Source: Macrostomum hystrix
Lineage: Eukaryota; Animalia; Platyhelminthes
Assembly (NCBI GenBank): GCA_950097015.1
Contig: CATNEN010000038.1
Span: 19,592,001 to 19,656,000, forward strand
Length of the DNA: 64,000 bases
Direction of reading: 5' to 3'
How positions within the stretch are numbered: the first letter of the stretch is position 1; every line of letters starts with the position of its first letter. The translations under genes were made by a program, and so were the position numbers. Shown piece by piece: positions 13,218 to 26,545 of the stretch. A model generated the notes under the pieces. It was not told the origin of the DNA, did not search any database, and saw nothing but the letters and a program-made list of their open reading frames with translations.

Positions 13218-13811
13218 CTAAGCACTGGCGCAACAGTGGGACGGTGTAACAGCTTCGCTCACTACTGTTGCCTGGTGTTGGTTGAGTTCAACGGATTCAT
13301 TTAGCCAATTGCCGCTATTCTTGTTGCTATTAGCAACGCTGTGCGTCACTAGCTTCCGATTGGCTGTGACTAGATCTAGATAATTGACCTTCTTCTGTTG
13401 CGTTGGCGGCGCATGCGGCTGCTGGCCGTGCTGCTGCAGCAGCAGCTGCTGTTGCTTCCTATGCCGCCTCTCCTGTCTCAGTTTCCTCGCCTCCGCTACG
13501 CACTTTGGCGCGAACGAGTCAAAGAAGGCCTCGCGAAATTGCGAACTCATGCCGTAGAGCCAGAAGAAATTAGTGGCCGAGTTGAGTATGACCAGAGTGT
13601 CCATCAGGTTGCCCAGTTGGAAGTAGATGACGCGGAATACGCAGTCGTCAACTGCGGCTGCCAGATTCAGGCAGCCTTGGGGGAACTCGGTCACGGTGAA
13701 GCTGGACACCACCGCCACCAGCAGGATAGTCCGCCTGGTGTGCTCTCGAAGGCTGCGCTCCTCCTTGCAACGCATCCGGTCAGCTTTGAGACGCTTCCTG
13801 CGAATTCTTAC
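13218..13811 (-). CDS. Class A GPCR, myosuppressin/DMSR-1/FMRFamide-receptor-like, exon 2 (TM6-TM7, C-tail)
   Basis: cacAG acceptor (plus 13812-13); in frame with ORF 13218-13775; motifs RRTILLVAVVSSFTVTEFPQG and NSATNF...MSSQFR. Confidence 0.88.
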   Translation of the reverse strand, partial: VRIRRKRLKADRMRCKEERSLREHTRRTILLVAVVSSFTVTEFPQGCLNLAAAVDDCVFRVIYFQLGNLMDTLVILNSATNFFWLYGMSSQFREAFFDSFAPKCVAEARKLRQERRHRKQQQLLLQQHGQQPHAPPTQQKKVNYLDLVTANRKLVTHSVANSNKNSGNWLNESVELNQHQATVVSEAVTPSHCCASA

Positions 13812-15541
13812 CTGTGCAGTTTGGATGGATAATCATAATTTAGTCATGGGAGCATGGGGCGCTGGTGCATCGTTTATCAAAATTAGACTCGCAGCTAGCG
13901 AGAAGGCATTTATGCTCGTTCTGCTGACCACTGAGCACGCATTCACAAGGTCGAGTACGTCTGCCCCAGACTTTCAAATCGACTGGCAGTGTGCGCTTTC
14001 AATACGCTTTGAATGTTGGCTCTCTATGGCGCAAATTAAACGACAAAACCCGAGCCTTCTCTCCACGGTTGCGCCCCAAATGAATGAGCTTAACCACTTG
14101 GCTACTCGCCCTCCTAATTTTGATTGAAAATATGGAGTAAATCTGTATATCTAGCATAGAAGAAATAATAATTGTGATGTAGCATATATAGTAATAATTA
14201 TGACCATCCTCTCTGTGTCACTGTCGATCCTAATTTAGCGATTACAGATCACTGGTCACAAGCATGTACATGTACACAGTCAGTCGCATTGTGATTGGTC
14301 AGGCACTGTACACGCTGCATAAAATATTCAATAAATAAAATGATGCAGTGGTTTATTGAGGTTAGATTGTACTTTGAGGGTCGACTAGCGATCCTAATAG
14401 GATTATAATATTAGATTCGAGATAAAAAGCGAGCCATAAAATAATTCTTCATTCTCTCTAGATAGCTTCTAGATCGTAAATTAGACAGGCAAAAATTGAC
14501 TGCCCATTGCTTTGTGGATTTTTCTATTGGCCTAATGCCAAAAATATCTGCATTAAATTTTCTGCAATATCATATGTGATGAGGTATAGAGAGAAAAAAG
14601 CATTTGAAGCCTATTGGTATTTATATGAATGATTATAGCCTTTGAATAAGCAATCCAGTGTTACATTGAATTAAGAATTTCTCCTATAATTATGTTCTAT
14701 ATCATCACACATTGAAGCCAAATCTATAGTCTCCTACTGGCTTGCCATGTGATTGGCCTAGTTAATGGCATGTTATTTTCCAAAAAAGCTTGTTTCTTTT
14801 TTGTCCTTGGTCATGTTGTGCTTTTGTCTCTATTTGTTAGAAAAAACCTACAATTCAATGGTTCGGCACACGTGTACTTATTACCTAGTTAGGCCATTAA
14901 TAAGTACTCGTGATTAACTTGTCTTACATTTTTTCATTCTGCTTGTCGAAAATGTAGCATTCTAGTTAAACTTATATCACCAGGTCGGATCTGTGTATCT
15001 TTACAATATTTTTGCAATTTTACGTCGTCGTGCTCATGAAAGTTCAGTCAAAAGTTAATTATTGAATGTGATTGCTTAAACTCTTTGCTGTGTTTTGGAA
15101 AATTTTACCTCGTTATTTATAATAATTATTTTTTTCTAGTGCATTTAGTTAGGCATTTCGTGTCTGTTCTGATACAATCACTAATTAATGATCTAATGAT
15201 TTGAAAAAAACTATTTTGTCATAACCTTTATCAATTCAATTTTATGAGCAGATGAAAATTCTAATTTACAAAACTCAGACAGTAAAAAGCTAAAGTTTTA
15301 TTTTATAAAAATTTATTGATACACAATCTACTCGAGTATTCTACATTCTTCATCCAGATTCTATAGTGATAAAACTACCACAGCTATCGTCATTTTGTCT
15401 ATGGCCATAACCAAAAACAAATAGGAGGACACAATCTCTCTAGCCTACTTCTTTGATTATGTATATGGCCAAAGCTAACCTTTGAGTCGTTTAGAATTAA
15501 ATATAAATATTAAAAAATGATATATTAAAAAGGTAGCTCAC

Positions 15542-16261
15542 CTGTCTTAGAGCGTAGAGCAGCATGCCGCTAAATATGCAAATCAGCAGGGAGCTGATCA
15601 TCTTTACAAATACGCCGTAAATGTACATATTGAGCTTCTCAATCTTCAAATCTCGAACCACATCGTAGACATCGAACCACCAAGTCTCATTGCCAGTGCC
15701 ATTGTTGACTGTAGTCAGCTCGTAGATCATTGAGTTAGGCAGCGTGGCTAGAACAGACACAACCACTATGCCAATGAGGCAGTACTTGGTGCGTTTCATG
15801 CTGCACCAAGTTGGACCATCGGTTGGAAAATAAACAGCTATGAAGCGAAAGAAGGCCAGAGCCACCGTGAACTGTGTGGCAATCACGTGACCAATGATGG
15901 TGATAACATTGTGAGCCAGAATTAGCTGTATGGCTATCTTGGAGTGTCCGGCATCTGGTCTGGGCTCACTGACTATGTACATATAGATGGCATAATAGGT
16001 GTAAGTTGTCATCTTGATAGTATCGCACACGCTTATTCCGGTCAGGATAACGTTGAACGGATTGCGCATTGTGGTTCGAGTTAGCACAACACATACTATT
16101 ATGTTTAGCAGTATGCCAGCTATGCAGATGCTGCTGCTTAGGTAGCCGTGAATTCTTGCCAGCTTCTGATCCAGGTGGTAGAGTAGGCTGAAGTTATAAC
16201 TGGCACATTGGTGCAGCATCGAGGTGACGTTAACCTGCTCGTCTTCCGGTGACTGTGTCAT
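15542..16261 (-). CDS. Same GPCR, exon 1 (TM1-TM5); joined protein ~437 aa
   Basis: ATG 16261; GTgagc donor; GILLN, MRNPFNVILTGISVCD and LAFFRFIAV motifs typical of myosuppressin-type receptors. Confidence 0.88.
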
Positions 16262-16364
16262 AACGTTTAAAGTCAGTGATGTAAATTTACCTTGCTGTTT
16301 ATGATTTCTAGGCTAGGTTTACTGCTCAAAATAAGATGTGTTTTCCGCCTTCGCAGAATAGTGC

Positions 16365-16483
16365 TTTTATTTATACACCCGGGGGATTGATATTCATACG
16401 TGCTCTGGCCACTCTTGTCGCCAAGTGCAGCGTCAGGCAATGTAATTGGTTCCAGTTAAAACGCCAGGTCCGTTCCTGATTGG
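16365..16483 (-). promoter_or_regulatory. Candidate core promoter of nested GPCR (TATAAATA plus two CCAAT boxes)
   Basis: Minus-strand TATAAATAAAA at 16365-75, CCAAT at 16445-49 and 16479-83, ~105 bp upstream of ATG. Confidence 0.5.
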
Positions 16484-16777
16484 CTAGTGTGGCCAGCGTG
16501 TCACGCGCGCACGCATTTAGCCCTAGTGTAGGGAAAAAGCAAGACAGAAATAGTGGGCAGGACAAGAAATAGAGAGGTGTTTCTTTTGCTGCCTTGTGTC
16601 ACTTGACCACAAGTCTGCCTTGCGACTGCCTTACTAATTCAGCTCGTCATGGGGTATTCGATTGGGACTTCCACTTTTTCCCTATATTTCTGTCCGCCCT
16701 ACAAAAGTTGGATAGTGAGGAGGTGAAAGCGAGCGGCAGTATGTCAGATCCTCTTTTGGTGCGTCTGTCTCGTCTTT

Positions 16778-17000
16778 TTACAATGTTAGTTGTCCTTGTC
16801 ACCAGGGTCTTCGACAAGAAGCGCTGAATATCTTGACGATGCTGCCTCGGACGGCTTTGAAAGTTAGTTCATCGTTAAGGGCAGAAAAATTTGATCCATA
16901 ATTTTCACCAAAGTCGGTCATTCGGTTTGGCAGCTATCGTGAAGTAAGCAGTGAGTATTTGAAATACCCCGTGGTCCTTCCCAAGGGGGAAAATAGCGTG
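16778..17000 (-). mobile_element. Unclassified dispersed repeat, family D copy
   Basis: Reverse complement matches 37426-37603 and 57688-57870 (tttcaaatac...tacttcacgatagct...ggtgacaaggacaac). Confidence 0.75.
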
Positions 17001-18529
17001 TTCATTCTACCTTAATGATAAAGAGGATTTTGTAAGTTTCTGAAACTGCGAATAAGGCATAATTGAAAGCAGTGCTCTTTGGATGTCTGAAAATTTGCTA
17101 AAAATATCTGGCTTCTTCAAATCTTAACTGATGAGATTTGCCAGGCCTGTCCGGCATTCGTTTCCTATTTAGTACGGTAATGGCTTACAGCTGTAGCACT
17201 TGTTAAAACTATGAAACCCTTTTTAACTCTAAAACTTGCCTATGCGACAGCTGAACAGATCTTATTAGCTGACTAATTGGGCTTTAGTAAAATTTTTACC
17301 AGTCAGGCTGCTGCGCTAAATGACAACTAGTAAAATTAGTGTGGGCATCAAGTACGAGCTAGTTTTACCGTGCGTTAGTTTTACTGCGTTTGTAACGAAA
17401 TAAAATTCCTGGTATGCAGACGGATGTGTTAGGTGTGGCTGCACTAGTATTTATATCACTAGTTGTATGTGATCTTTTGTTTAGTTATTACTGTGTTGCC
17501 ATTTTGGTCTCATACAATGGCATCAAGAAACTTTTTTGTTCTAAAAGGTCAACAAAATTGTAACTTTTTTGTATTCCTCCATAATAAATTTAATCTTTTT
17601 GGCTGGGGACTGTACCGACTAAAAGAACCGATGAATTTCCGTCAGCAATCCAGCTTTTAGTTCTAATTTTGTTCGTTAACTGCTCAACATCGCTTCATCG
17701 ACGCAGCACGATGAGTATTTTTAATTCAAATCTGCCTTTTAATGTAAGATGGTCTTAAGATCGCACTTGGGAAATTATTCAATATTTCAGCAGACGTTGG
17801 CAATTAAAAAAATAAGCTTCTAAAATAGTTCGCCGCAGTTTATTATAGGCAAAACTTTGTATTTTGCTAAAACAGTATTTGCTACTTTCCTAGCTTTCGC
17901 TTCTTCAGCGTCTAGGTCCTTGTTAACTAGCTAAAATATTGAATTGACAGTTGGATTCGGGAAGTTTGGCATTTCGTGTTGCGAATTTCTCTATTGTCGA
18001 TTAGCGATCGCATGCGGCTACTGTTTGTCGTTAACTCCGCATTGTGTGCCTGTTAATTAACTCGATTTGTTCACGTGTTCGTGTTCACTTGGCTGAATTC
18101 GAAGCCCTGCCTTCTGGATTAGAGCCAGTGTAGGGATGAAACACATGGCGCTATGTTTTCTTCTTCTGCCAACTCTAGGAAATAAGATTTGGCTTAACCA
18201 TCGTTTAATTTTCTCCATATTCTGCTATCTCCTATTCCGCTGGAACTGTCAGAGACTCTTCGAAGCGTGCAACAAATTTCCAGTCTATCAGTGTTAAATT
18301 CCGCCTGCATGGCTGTCCCAGTGATACATACGATATTCTTAGACTACATTGACTTGCACGTGCAACTATGTATGGATAAGCATAAGCGAAACACTTTTCT
18401 CATATTGTCAGTTCGATTACTAGATACAATTTTCTTTCCTATGCAAGGAAAGCTTAAAAATAGATACAATTTACACCCTCCATGTCATTGCACAGTGAAA
18501 GTTTACACTTTCTGACGTTGCGAAATCCT

Positions 18530-18698
18530 CTGGTTATGTACACACCTGTGTGAGCGTGTGCCAGCGTACGGTATCTGTGTGCTCAGGAGTCAGCGAGATT
18601 GGCATGATTGCCTCCTCGCTGACTGCGGGTCTAGTATCACCAAATGACGTGCCATTGCCCGCAGCCCTCTTGCAATTATTATTATTATTATTATTATA
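18530..18698 (+). mobile_element. SINE-A, 5'-truncated copy with (TTA)n tail
   Basis: Homologous to the 3' half of 30020-30392. Confidence 0.85.
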
Positions 18699-19019
18699 CA
18701 CAAATAGCCTAGTTGGGATTGATGTAAAGCCAGTGTCACAGCCACACCTGTACAGCACGGCGCTCCAGTCCATGCACTGGAGAGGCCGACACACGCAACA
18801 CAAAGTTTCTATCTTGTACAGTTCCCTGAGGACATGCTGATAGCATGACCAAGTGTACTTCGGTGGATGTTCACGTTACTGTTGCTGAGTGATCCATAAT
18901 ATATGATTTACGATCTAGCCGCATTCGTTCTAGATCTGTTTCTCTATACCGCATATCCTAATTTTACAACTCCTAATCTAAATCTCCCATTTCTTGGCCC
19001 CTTCATCATCCTCATCTTC

Positions 19020-19200
19020 GTCTTAGTGTTTTTTATCTTTTATCTTCTTCCGTAATAAAAGAATCTGGAATTTGCGCGGCGTCGTCTGAGAAGAGATTGT
19101 GAGTGAGCAGGAAGCAAGCAATTATCTTAGCAGTTGTGCAACTGGCATGGACGCAAAGCACTCGCTGTCTGAAGAGGTTTTTTAAGAAGAATGTTAACGC
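19020..19200 (-). pseudogene. Possible degenerate PIF/Harbinger transposase C-terminal fragment
   Basis: LKNLFRQRVLCVHASCTTAKIIACFLLTHNL followed by an acidic tract resembles the LKxRF...KIIxACxxLHN tail of Harbinger transposases; motif resemblance only. Confidence 0.35.
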
Positions 19201-19624
19201 CTGATTGTCCTTTGTGGAAAATCTAAAATATGAATTTGAGGGCGGCATATGACAGTCTTATATAAAGCGTCTAATGCAAATTCTCAAATATTGATCAGAT
19301 TAGAGCTGTATTCATTTCTTCCCATTTTTCTGGCAAAACGCTTTTTGAAAATCTGTTCTGCAAATCTGACATATTTAAGCCTTTGATGAAGCGAATACAA
19401 ACAACTTCTTCCTGCTTCCCGCTTCCTGCTTACGGGACGGAAATGAATTGCTGAACTGAATCAAGCATTAAAATTTTAGCTATGTGTTATACCCTCCTAT
19501 TTCTTAGAGTTCGTTTAGTTCCACGTACTTTCGCGTCCTTTTCTATTGCACTTTAAAGATGTATTAGACCGTATTCTACTCCTACCTCTGAAAATTTATT
19601 AAATCAAACATCCATCATCTCATC

Positions 19625-20290
19625 ACTGACACCATCCCAGATCCCCAGGTTGTATTATCGACACCATCCTAGATCCCCCTAGGTTGCATTCCCGACACCA
19701 TCCCAGATCCCCCTAGGTTGCATTCCCGACACCATCCCAGATCCCCCTAGGTTGCATTCCCGACACCATCCCAGATCCCCCTAGGTTGCATTCCCGACAC
19801 CATCCCAGATCCCAGAGATGTATTCCCGACACCATCCCAGATCCTCAGGTTGTATTCCCAACACCATCCTAGATCCCCAGGTTGTATTCCCAACACCATC
19901 CCAGATCCTCAGGTTGTATTCCCAACACCATCCCAGATCCTCAGGTTGTATTCCCAACACCATCCCAGATCCTCAGGTTGTATTCCCGACACCATCCCAG
20001 ATCCCCAGGTTGCATTCCCGACACCATCCCAGATCCTCAGGTTGTATTCCCGACACCATCCCAGATCCCCAGGTTGCATTCCCGACACCATCCCAGATCC
20101 CCAGGTTGTATTCCCAACACCATCCCAGATCCTCAGGTTGTATTCCCGACACCATCCCAGATCCCCAGGTTGTATTCCCGACACCATCCCAGATCCTCAG
20201 GTTGCATTCCCGACACCATCCCAGATCCCCAGGTTGCATTCCCGACACCATCCCAGATCCCCAGGTTGCATTCCCAACACCATCCCAGAT
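19625..20290. repeat. 32-bp minisatellite (gacaccatcccagatccYcaggttgYattccc)n
   Basis: Direct periodicity. Confidence 0.93.
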
Positions 20291-20325
20291 GCTAAAATAA
20301 CACACATTACATGCATTGCTTACAG

Positions 20326-20613
20326 GTTGCTGGGCACAGCCATCCGGGTCTTCGCAATTTGGCAACAGATGCCCTAGTGTCGTTAGTCAACGCCGCCGTT
20401 GAATGCCCAGACGTTGAACTGTCTGAAGCCGACGGTGGACCAGCTTCCGGTTTTGTGTGGGAGAGCGAGCGTCTGACTAGGCTGGTGCTGGAGCCTCTGT
20501 ACCAGCTGTCTCAACTGCATGCTGACACTCGCAGCAAGCAACTGGCCTGCCTGCAACACCTGCTGAATGTTTGCGGCGACCGGCTGGGGCCCCACTGGCA
20601 GAGATTCATCCAG
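20326..20613 (+). CDS. MON2: MON2 exon C
   Basis: tacAG 20324-25, GTgag 20614; VAGHSHPGLRNLATDALVSLV...RSKQLACLQHLLNVCGDRLGPHW. Confidence 0.9.
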
Positions 20614-20770
20614 GTGAGTTTTGCTAACAGGTAGTTTCCGTTCGCATGTGGTTTGGGTTTCCAAACTGTCATTTAAGTTTCCAATTGAAGTTTTTTTCGA
20701 TCAAGTTTCTTATTTCGGGTACGCTGTTCTGAGAACTCATTTGTACTTGCATTTTTTTAAATATCGCGTC

Positions 20771-21250
20771 CTCAAACTCTCACTGTGTACTCAAACTCTC
20801 ACTGTATTCTCAAACTCTCACTGTATTCTCAAACTCTCACTGTGTACTCAAACTCTCACTGTATTCTCAAACTCTCACTGTATTCTCAAACTCTCACTGT
20901 GTACTCAAACTCTCACTGTATTCTCAAACTCTCACTGTATTCTCAAAATCTCACTGTTTACTCAAACTCTCACTGTGTACTCAAACTCTCACTGTATTCT
21001 CAAACTCTCGCTGTGTACTCAAACTCTCACTGTATTCTCAAACTCTCGCTGTGTTTTGAAACTCTCACTGTGTACTCAAACTCTCATTGTAGTACTCAAA
21101 CTCTCACTGTATTCTCAAACTCTCACTGTATTCTCAAACTCTCACTGTATTCTCAAACTCTCACTGTATTCTCAAACTCTCACTGTGTACTCAAACTCTC
21201 ACTTTGTACTCAAATTCTAACCATGTTTTCTAATTCTCACTGTAAACTCA
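20771..21250. repeat. 19-bp minisatellite (ctcaaactctcactgtRtW)n
   Basis: Direct periodicity. Confidence 0.9.
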
Positions 21251-21390
21251 AAGTATGTATGCTCCTATGTACTGAAATGCTCAATGCTCACTTATTCTCA
21301 AGTAGCGGAGTCTAAACGACTTGACTCAAAAAACCAAATCAATACTCTTATAAAATAATTTTTTCATAAAAAATGCCTAATTTTTCCCAG

Positions 21391-21672
21391 GTTGTGGGCG
21401 AAATCAACGGTCACGACTCGCACAATGAGGCGCACATACGACTTGCGTTTCGCTGCCTGCAACAGATACTGACCGATTTTCTGTCGTCCTTGAGTCGGGA
21501 ATGCTACGAGACCTGCATCGATGTGACGGCATCGTTTGCCAAACAGCAGCAGGAAATGAACATTGCCCTGACTGCTGTTGGCTGCATCTGGAATATCACA
21601 GACTATTTCTTTGGCAAACAGCCAACTGACTCTGGCGACTGGATGCCCGACCAACTGTGGATCTGCGTGCAG
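21391..21672 (+). CDS. MON2: MON2 exon D
   Basis: cccAG 21389-90, GT 21673; IRLAFRCLQQILTDFL...QEMNIALTAVGCIWNITDYF. Confidence 0.92.
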
Positions 21673-21709
21673 GTTGGGACTGCTTGTCACTTGCCATTTA
21701 AATAGAATA

Positions 21710-22980
21710 GCTAGATAATGCCATTTCCCAAGACAGCTAGATGCAGTTTCGCAAAAACGGCTAGATGATGCCGTTTCCCAAGACAGCTAGATGCAGTTTC
21801 GCAAAAACGGCTAGATGATGCCGTTTCCCAAGACAGCTAGATGCAATTTCCCAAAATCAGCTAGATGATGCCATTTCTCAAAATCAGCTAGATGATTCCG
21901 TTTCCCAAGACAGCTAGATGCAATTTCCCAAAATCAGCTAGATGATGCCATTTCTTAAAATCAGCTAGATGATGCCGTTTCCCAAGACAGCTAGATAATG
22001 CCATTTCCCAAGACAGCTAGATGATGCCATTTCCCAAGACAGCTAGATAATGCCATTTCCCAAGACAGCTAGATGCAATTTCCCAAAATCAGCTAGATAA
22101 TGCCATTTCTCAAAAACAGCTAGATGATGCCGTTTCCCAAGACAGCTAGATAATGCCATTTCCCAAGACAGCTAGATGCAATTTCCCAAAATCAGCTAGA
22201 TGATGCCATTTCTCAAAATCAGCTAGATAATGCCATTTCCCAAGACAGCTAGATGATGCCATTTCCCAAGACAGCTAGATAATGCCATTTCCCAAGACAG
22301 CTAGATGCAATTTCCCAAAATCAGCTAGATAATGCCATTTCTCAAAAACAGCTAGATGATGCCGTTTCCCAAGACAGCTAGATAATGCCATTTCCCAAGA
22401 CAGCTAGATGCAATTTCCCAAAATCAGCTAGATGATGCCATTTCTCAAAATCAGCTAGATGATGCCGTTTCCCAAGACAGCTAGATGCAATTTCCCAAAA
22501 TCAGCTAGATGATGCCGTTTCCCAAGACAGCTAGATAATGCCATTTCCCAAGACAGCTAGATGATGCCATTTCCCAAGACAGCTAGATAATGCCATTTCC
22601 CAAGACAGCTAGATGCAATTTCCCAAAATCAGCTAGATAATGCCATTTCTCAAAAACAGCTAGATGATGCCATTTCCCAAGACAGCTAGATGCAATTTCC
22701 CAAAATCAGCTAGATGATGCCATTTCCCAAGACAGCTAGATGCAATTTCCCAAAATCAGCTAGATGATGCCGTTTCCCAAGACAGCTAGATAATGCCATT
22801 TCCCAAGACAGCTAGATGATGCCATTTCCCAAGACAGCTAGATAATGCCATTTCCCAAGACAGCTAGATGCAATTTCCCAAAATCAGCTAGATAATGCCA
22901 TTTCCCAAGACAGCTAGATGATGCGATTTCCCAAGACAGCTAGATGCAATTTCCCAAGACAGCTAGATGATGCCATTTCC
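21710..22980. repeat. ~26-bp minisatellite (cagctagatgatgccatttcccaaga)n
   Basis: Direct periodicity. Confidence 0.93.
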
Positions 22981-23455
22981 AATAGGATTTCCCAAATTCT
23001 TTCGAAAGCAAGGATTTTTCCTCGGTCTTGTATGTGCTCCTGAGATACATTTTCTTGATTGCAACATAAAAAAGTACTTTTCGATTGCTTTGCACTATCA
23101 GGAAACCTATTGTGCTCTGAGAACATTGTAATTAACTTTGACCAGCGCAGAAATTTGGTCGGCAGTCTTTTACAAGCTTTTAATAATCAGCAATGTGATT
23201 AGATGGGCATTCTTAGTATTTTTTGCAAAGCCTTTTCACTGTCTGCCTAACATATGCCCCGCTAGCCATGTGATTGATTAAGCTTGCTATTCCTATTGAA
23301 ACTGATCAATGATTGACCCGGGATCGGACTAGACCTGAGGGCTTTTATTGATCTTAACTATGGGATATCTAATCGATGTTCTCTTACAAGTCAAGCACGC
23401 TAATTTATCTGGCTGGTTCCCTTTAGTCTGCTATAGTAGATTCACAGATTTTTTA

Positions 23456-24260
23456 AGTAGATTCACTGGTTGTAGAGTAGACTCACTGGTTGTAGAGTAG
23501 ATTCACTGGTTGTAGAGTAGACTCACTGGTTGTAGAGTAGACTCACTGGTTGTAGAGTAGACTCACTGGTTGTAGAGTAGACTCACTGGTTGTAGAGTAG
23601 ACTCACTGGTTGTAGAGTAGACTCACTGGTTGTAGAGTAGACTCACTGGTTGTAGAGTAGACTCACTGGTTGTAGAGTAGACTCACTGGTTGTAGAGTAG
23701 ACTCACTGGTTGTAGAGTAGACTCACTGGTTGTAGAGTAGACTCACTGGTTGTAGAGTAGATTCACTGGTCCCTACAGTTGATTCACTGGTCCCTACAGT
23801 AGATTCACTGGTCCCTGCAGTAGATTCACTGGTCCCTGCAGTAGATTCACTGGTCCCTGCAGTAGATTCACAGATCCTTCTGTAGATTCACTTGTCCCTA
23901 CAGTAGATTCACTGGTCCCTACATAGATTCACTGGTCCCTACAGTAGATTCACTGGTCCCTACATAGATTCACTGGTCCCTACAGTAGATTCACTGGTCC
24001 CTACAGTAGATTCACTGGTCCCTACAGTAGATTCACTGGTCCCTACAGTAGATTCACTGGTCCCTACAGTAGATTCACTGGTCCCTACAGTAGATTCACT
24101 GGTCCCTACATAGATTCACTGGTCCCTACATAGATTCACTAGTCCCTACAGTAGATTCACTGGTCCCTACAGTAGATTCACTGGTCCCTACATAGATTCA
24201 CTGGGCCCTGCAGTAGATTCACTGGTCCCTACAGTAGATTCACTGGTCCCTACAGTAGAC
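23456..24260. repeat. Compound minisatellite: 20-bp (gtagactcactggttgtaga) switching at ~23761 to 21-bp (gtagattcactggtccctaca)
   Basis: Direct periodicity. Confidence 0.93.
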
Positions 24261-24829
24261 TTGCTCGTCCTGCAATATATTTTATGGTCAGACAGACATA
24301 CACTAGACTGTTAGACCTTGCAGGCCTACAATTAGTTTCGCATGCCAGTTGCTTTAAGCCATACAATCTAAAGCTAATTCAGTTCAGATGATTGCAAAAG
24401 ATAATTAAACAGAAACCATAGTATCCCTGCCTTGTATTTTAGTCATGCTATCATATCAGTGTTCTGTTTGTTTAACTAGAAAGTAATCAATATTTTAAAT
24501 TAATGTATTCTGTACCTGATGAGTTTGTCTATTGAAGAAAGCTTTCGAAATTTTTGAGCATGGAAATTCACCTTGCAATAGTTTACTCTCAGAGACTTTT
24601 CTACACACTGTTTGCGTGTCGTGTCTCATTAAAAAACTCGAAAGTATCACTAGCACTATATCGCTAGTGTACGTCCGTAGTTGATTAAAGGCACGATATA
24701 TGGTCTCAGTTCATGACTGTCAGTGTGTCCTTGTCATCAATAAGCTCTCTCCTACACTCAATGTAGGAATTAACAATAATAGGTTTCAAGACAATGCGTG
24801 GGATTAACTTAGAAACAATTTCCTAATAA

Positions 24830-25460
24830 AACAGCTAGATGCATTCAAAATGACAGCTAGATGCTATTCATGAAAGCTAGATGCTATTCATGACAGCTAG
24901 ATGCTATTCATGACAGCTAGATGCTATTCATGACAGCTAGATGCTATTCATGACAGCTAGATGCTATTCATGACAGCTAGATGCTATTCATGACAGCTAG
25001 ATGCTATTCATGACAGCTAGATGCTATTCATGACAGCTAGATGCTATTCATGACAGCTAGATGCTATTCATGACAGCTAGATGCTATTCATGACAGCTAG
25101 ATGCTATTCATGACAGCTAGATGCTATTCATGACAGCTAGATGCTATTCATGACAGCTAGATGCCTTCAAAATGACAGCTAGATGCTATTCATGACAGCT
25201 AGATGCCTTCAAAATGACAGCTAGATGCTATTCATGACAGCTAGATGCCTTCAAAATGACAGCTAGATGCTATTGATGATAGCTAGATGCTATTCATAAC
25301 AGCTAGATGCTATTCATGACAGCTAGATGCTATTCATGACAGCTAGATGCTATTCATGACAGCTAGATGCTATTCATGACAGCTAGATGCTATTCATGAC
25401 AGCTAGATGCTATTCAAAATGATAGCTAGATGCTATTTCTTAATGACAGCTAGATGCCAT
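24830..25460. repeat. 20-bp minisatellite (gacagctagatgctattcat)n
   Basis: Direct periodicity; shares the acagctagatg core with 21710-22980. Confidence 0.93.
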
Positions 25461-25543
25461 TTTAAAAAGTAAAATCTTTCTTTCGTTTTGTATGTTTTAT
25501 AAATTAATATACTGATTATACATTTAAGTAGTTATATATTTTC

Positions 25544-25840
25544 TAGCCTAGTGGTTAGAGCGTCAAACTTACGACCTAAAGGTCGGGGGTTCCATTCCCG
25601 ACTCTACTGGAACAATATGTGTCTTTTAGCAAGACACTTAACTTAGCTTCAGTTTACCCAGATGTTAAATTGGTACCAGCATCATCTGGGGAAAATGAGG
25701 CTAGGTGTGGTGTGCCCCAGTCCATGGACTGAACAGCCGTACGCAGCCTTCAGATGCGCCGCGCAATAGCTGCAGCTGTGCTATCGGCTGCACATCTGGC
25801 CCAATTGGAACGATTGTAATCAATTACAGTTATTATTATT
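25544..25840 (+). mobile_element. SINE-B (tRNA head, CORE-like central domain, TTA tail)
   Basis: A box tagcctagtgg, B box ggttccattcc; gtgtc...gcaagacactt...cccag...aattggtacc central domain; several copies in window. Confidence 0.85.
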
Positions 25841-26061
25841 AGTATGTTTCTAGTCCGAGTTAAAGTTTCGCTATATCATTGCGTAGCTATCATAGATAAT
25901 TTAATAGATTTCTAGATCTAATCAATTTCGTTAATCGTCTCTTCGATAAATGATTAATAAGTAAATAGTAATAGAGCATAATAGTGTGCATAAATATAGT
26001 AGATTATATTTATTAAATTCTATTTAAAAGCATCACCATTACCCACCCGATTCCCGCGCAG

Positions 26062-26523
26062 GTGAAGCTAAAAGACCTGTGCCTGGACCCGAGGCCGGCA
26101 GTTCGCAAGTCAGCCGGCCAGACACTATTCAACACCATCGGCTCCCACGGCCGACACCTGCAGGCCGATACCTGGCGTGTTGTACTCTGGAAGGTGCTAT
26201 TTCCCCTGCTAGAATCCGTGTCAGAGGCCGCCCTGGCAGCCGCTCAGGCCGACGCCAGGCAGGCCTCAGAGCCTGGCGGAGGCGGCGGCGGCGGCGGAGG
26301 CATCATCCTGATGCATCACAGCCGGGACACTGTCGGCAAGCAGTGGGCGGAAACTCAGACCCTGGCTCTAGCCGGCGTTGCCAGCGTGTTTCACGCCCAG
26401 CAACGACTACTGCTCGGGTTGAACGATTTCGCCAGAGCCTGGAAGCTCTTGCTGGAGTGCATCGAACAATCGGCTTTGTCGGCGAATGGCGAGATTGCTC
26501 AGAATGCTCTGAATAGCTTCCAG
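26062..26523 (+). CDS. MON2: MON2 exon E
   Basis: gcAG 26060-61, GTgagc 26524; LCLDPRPAVRKSAGQTLF and HHSRDTVGKQWAET hallmark MON2 motifs. Confidence 0.95.
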
Positions 26524-26545
26524 GTGAGCCGAACTGTTGATCCTT

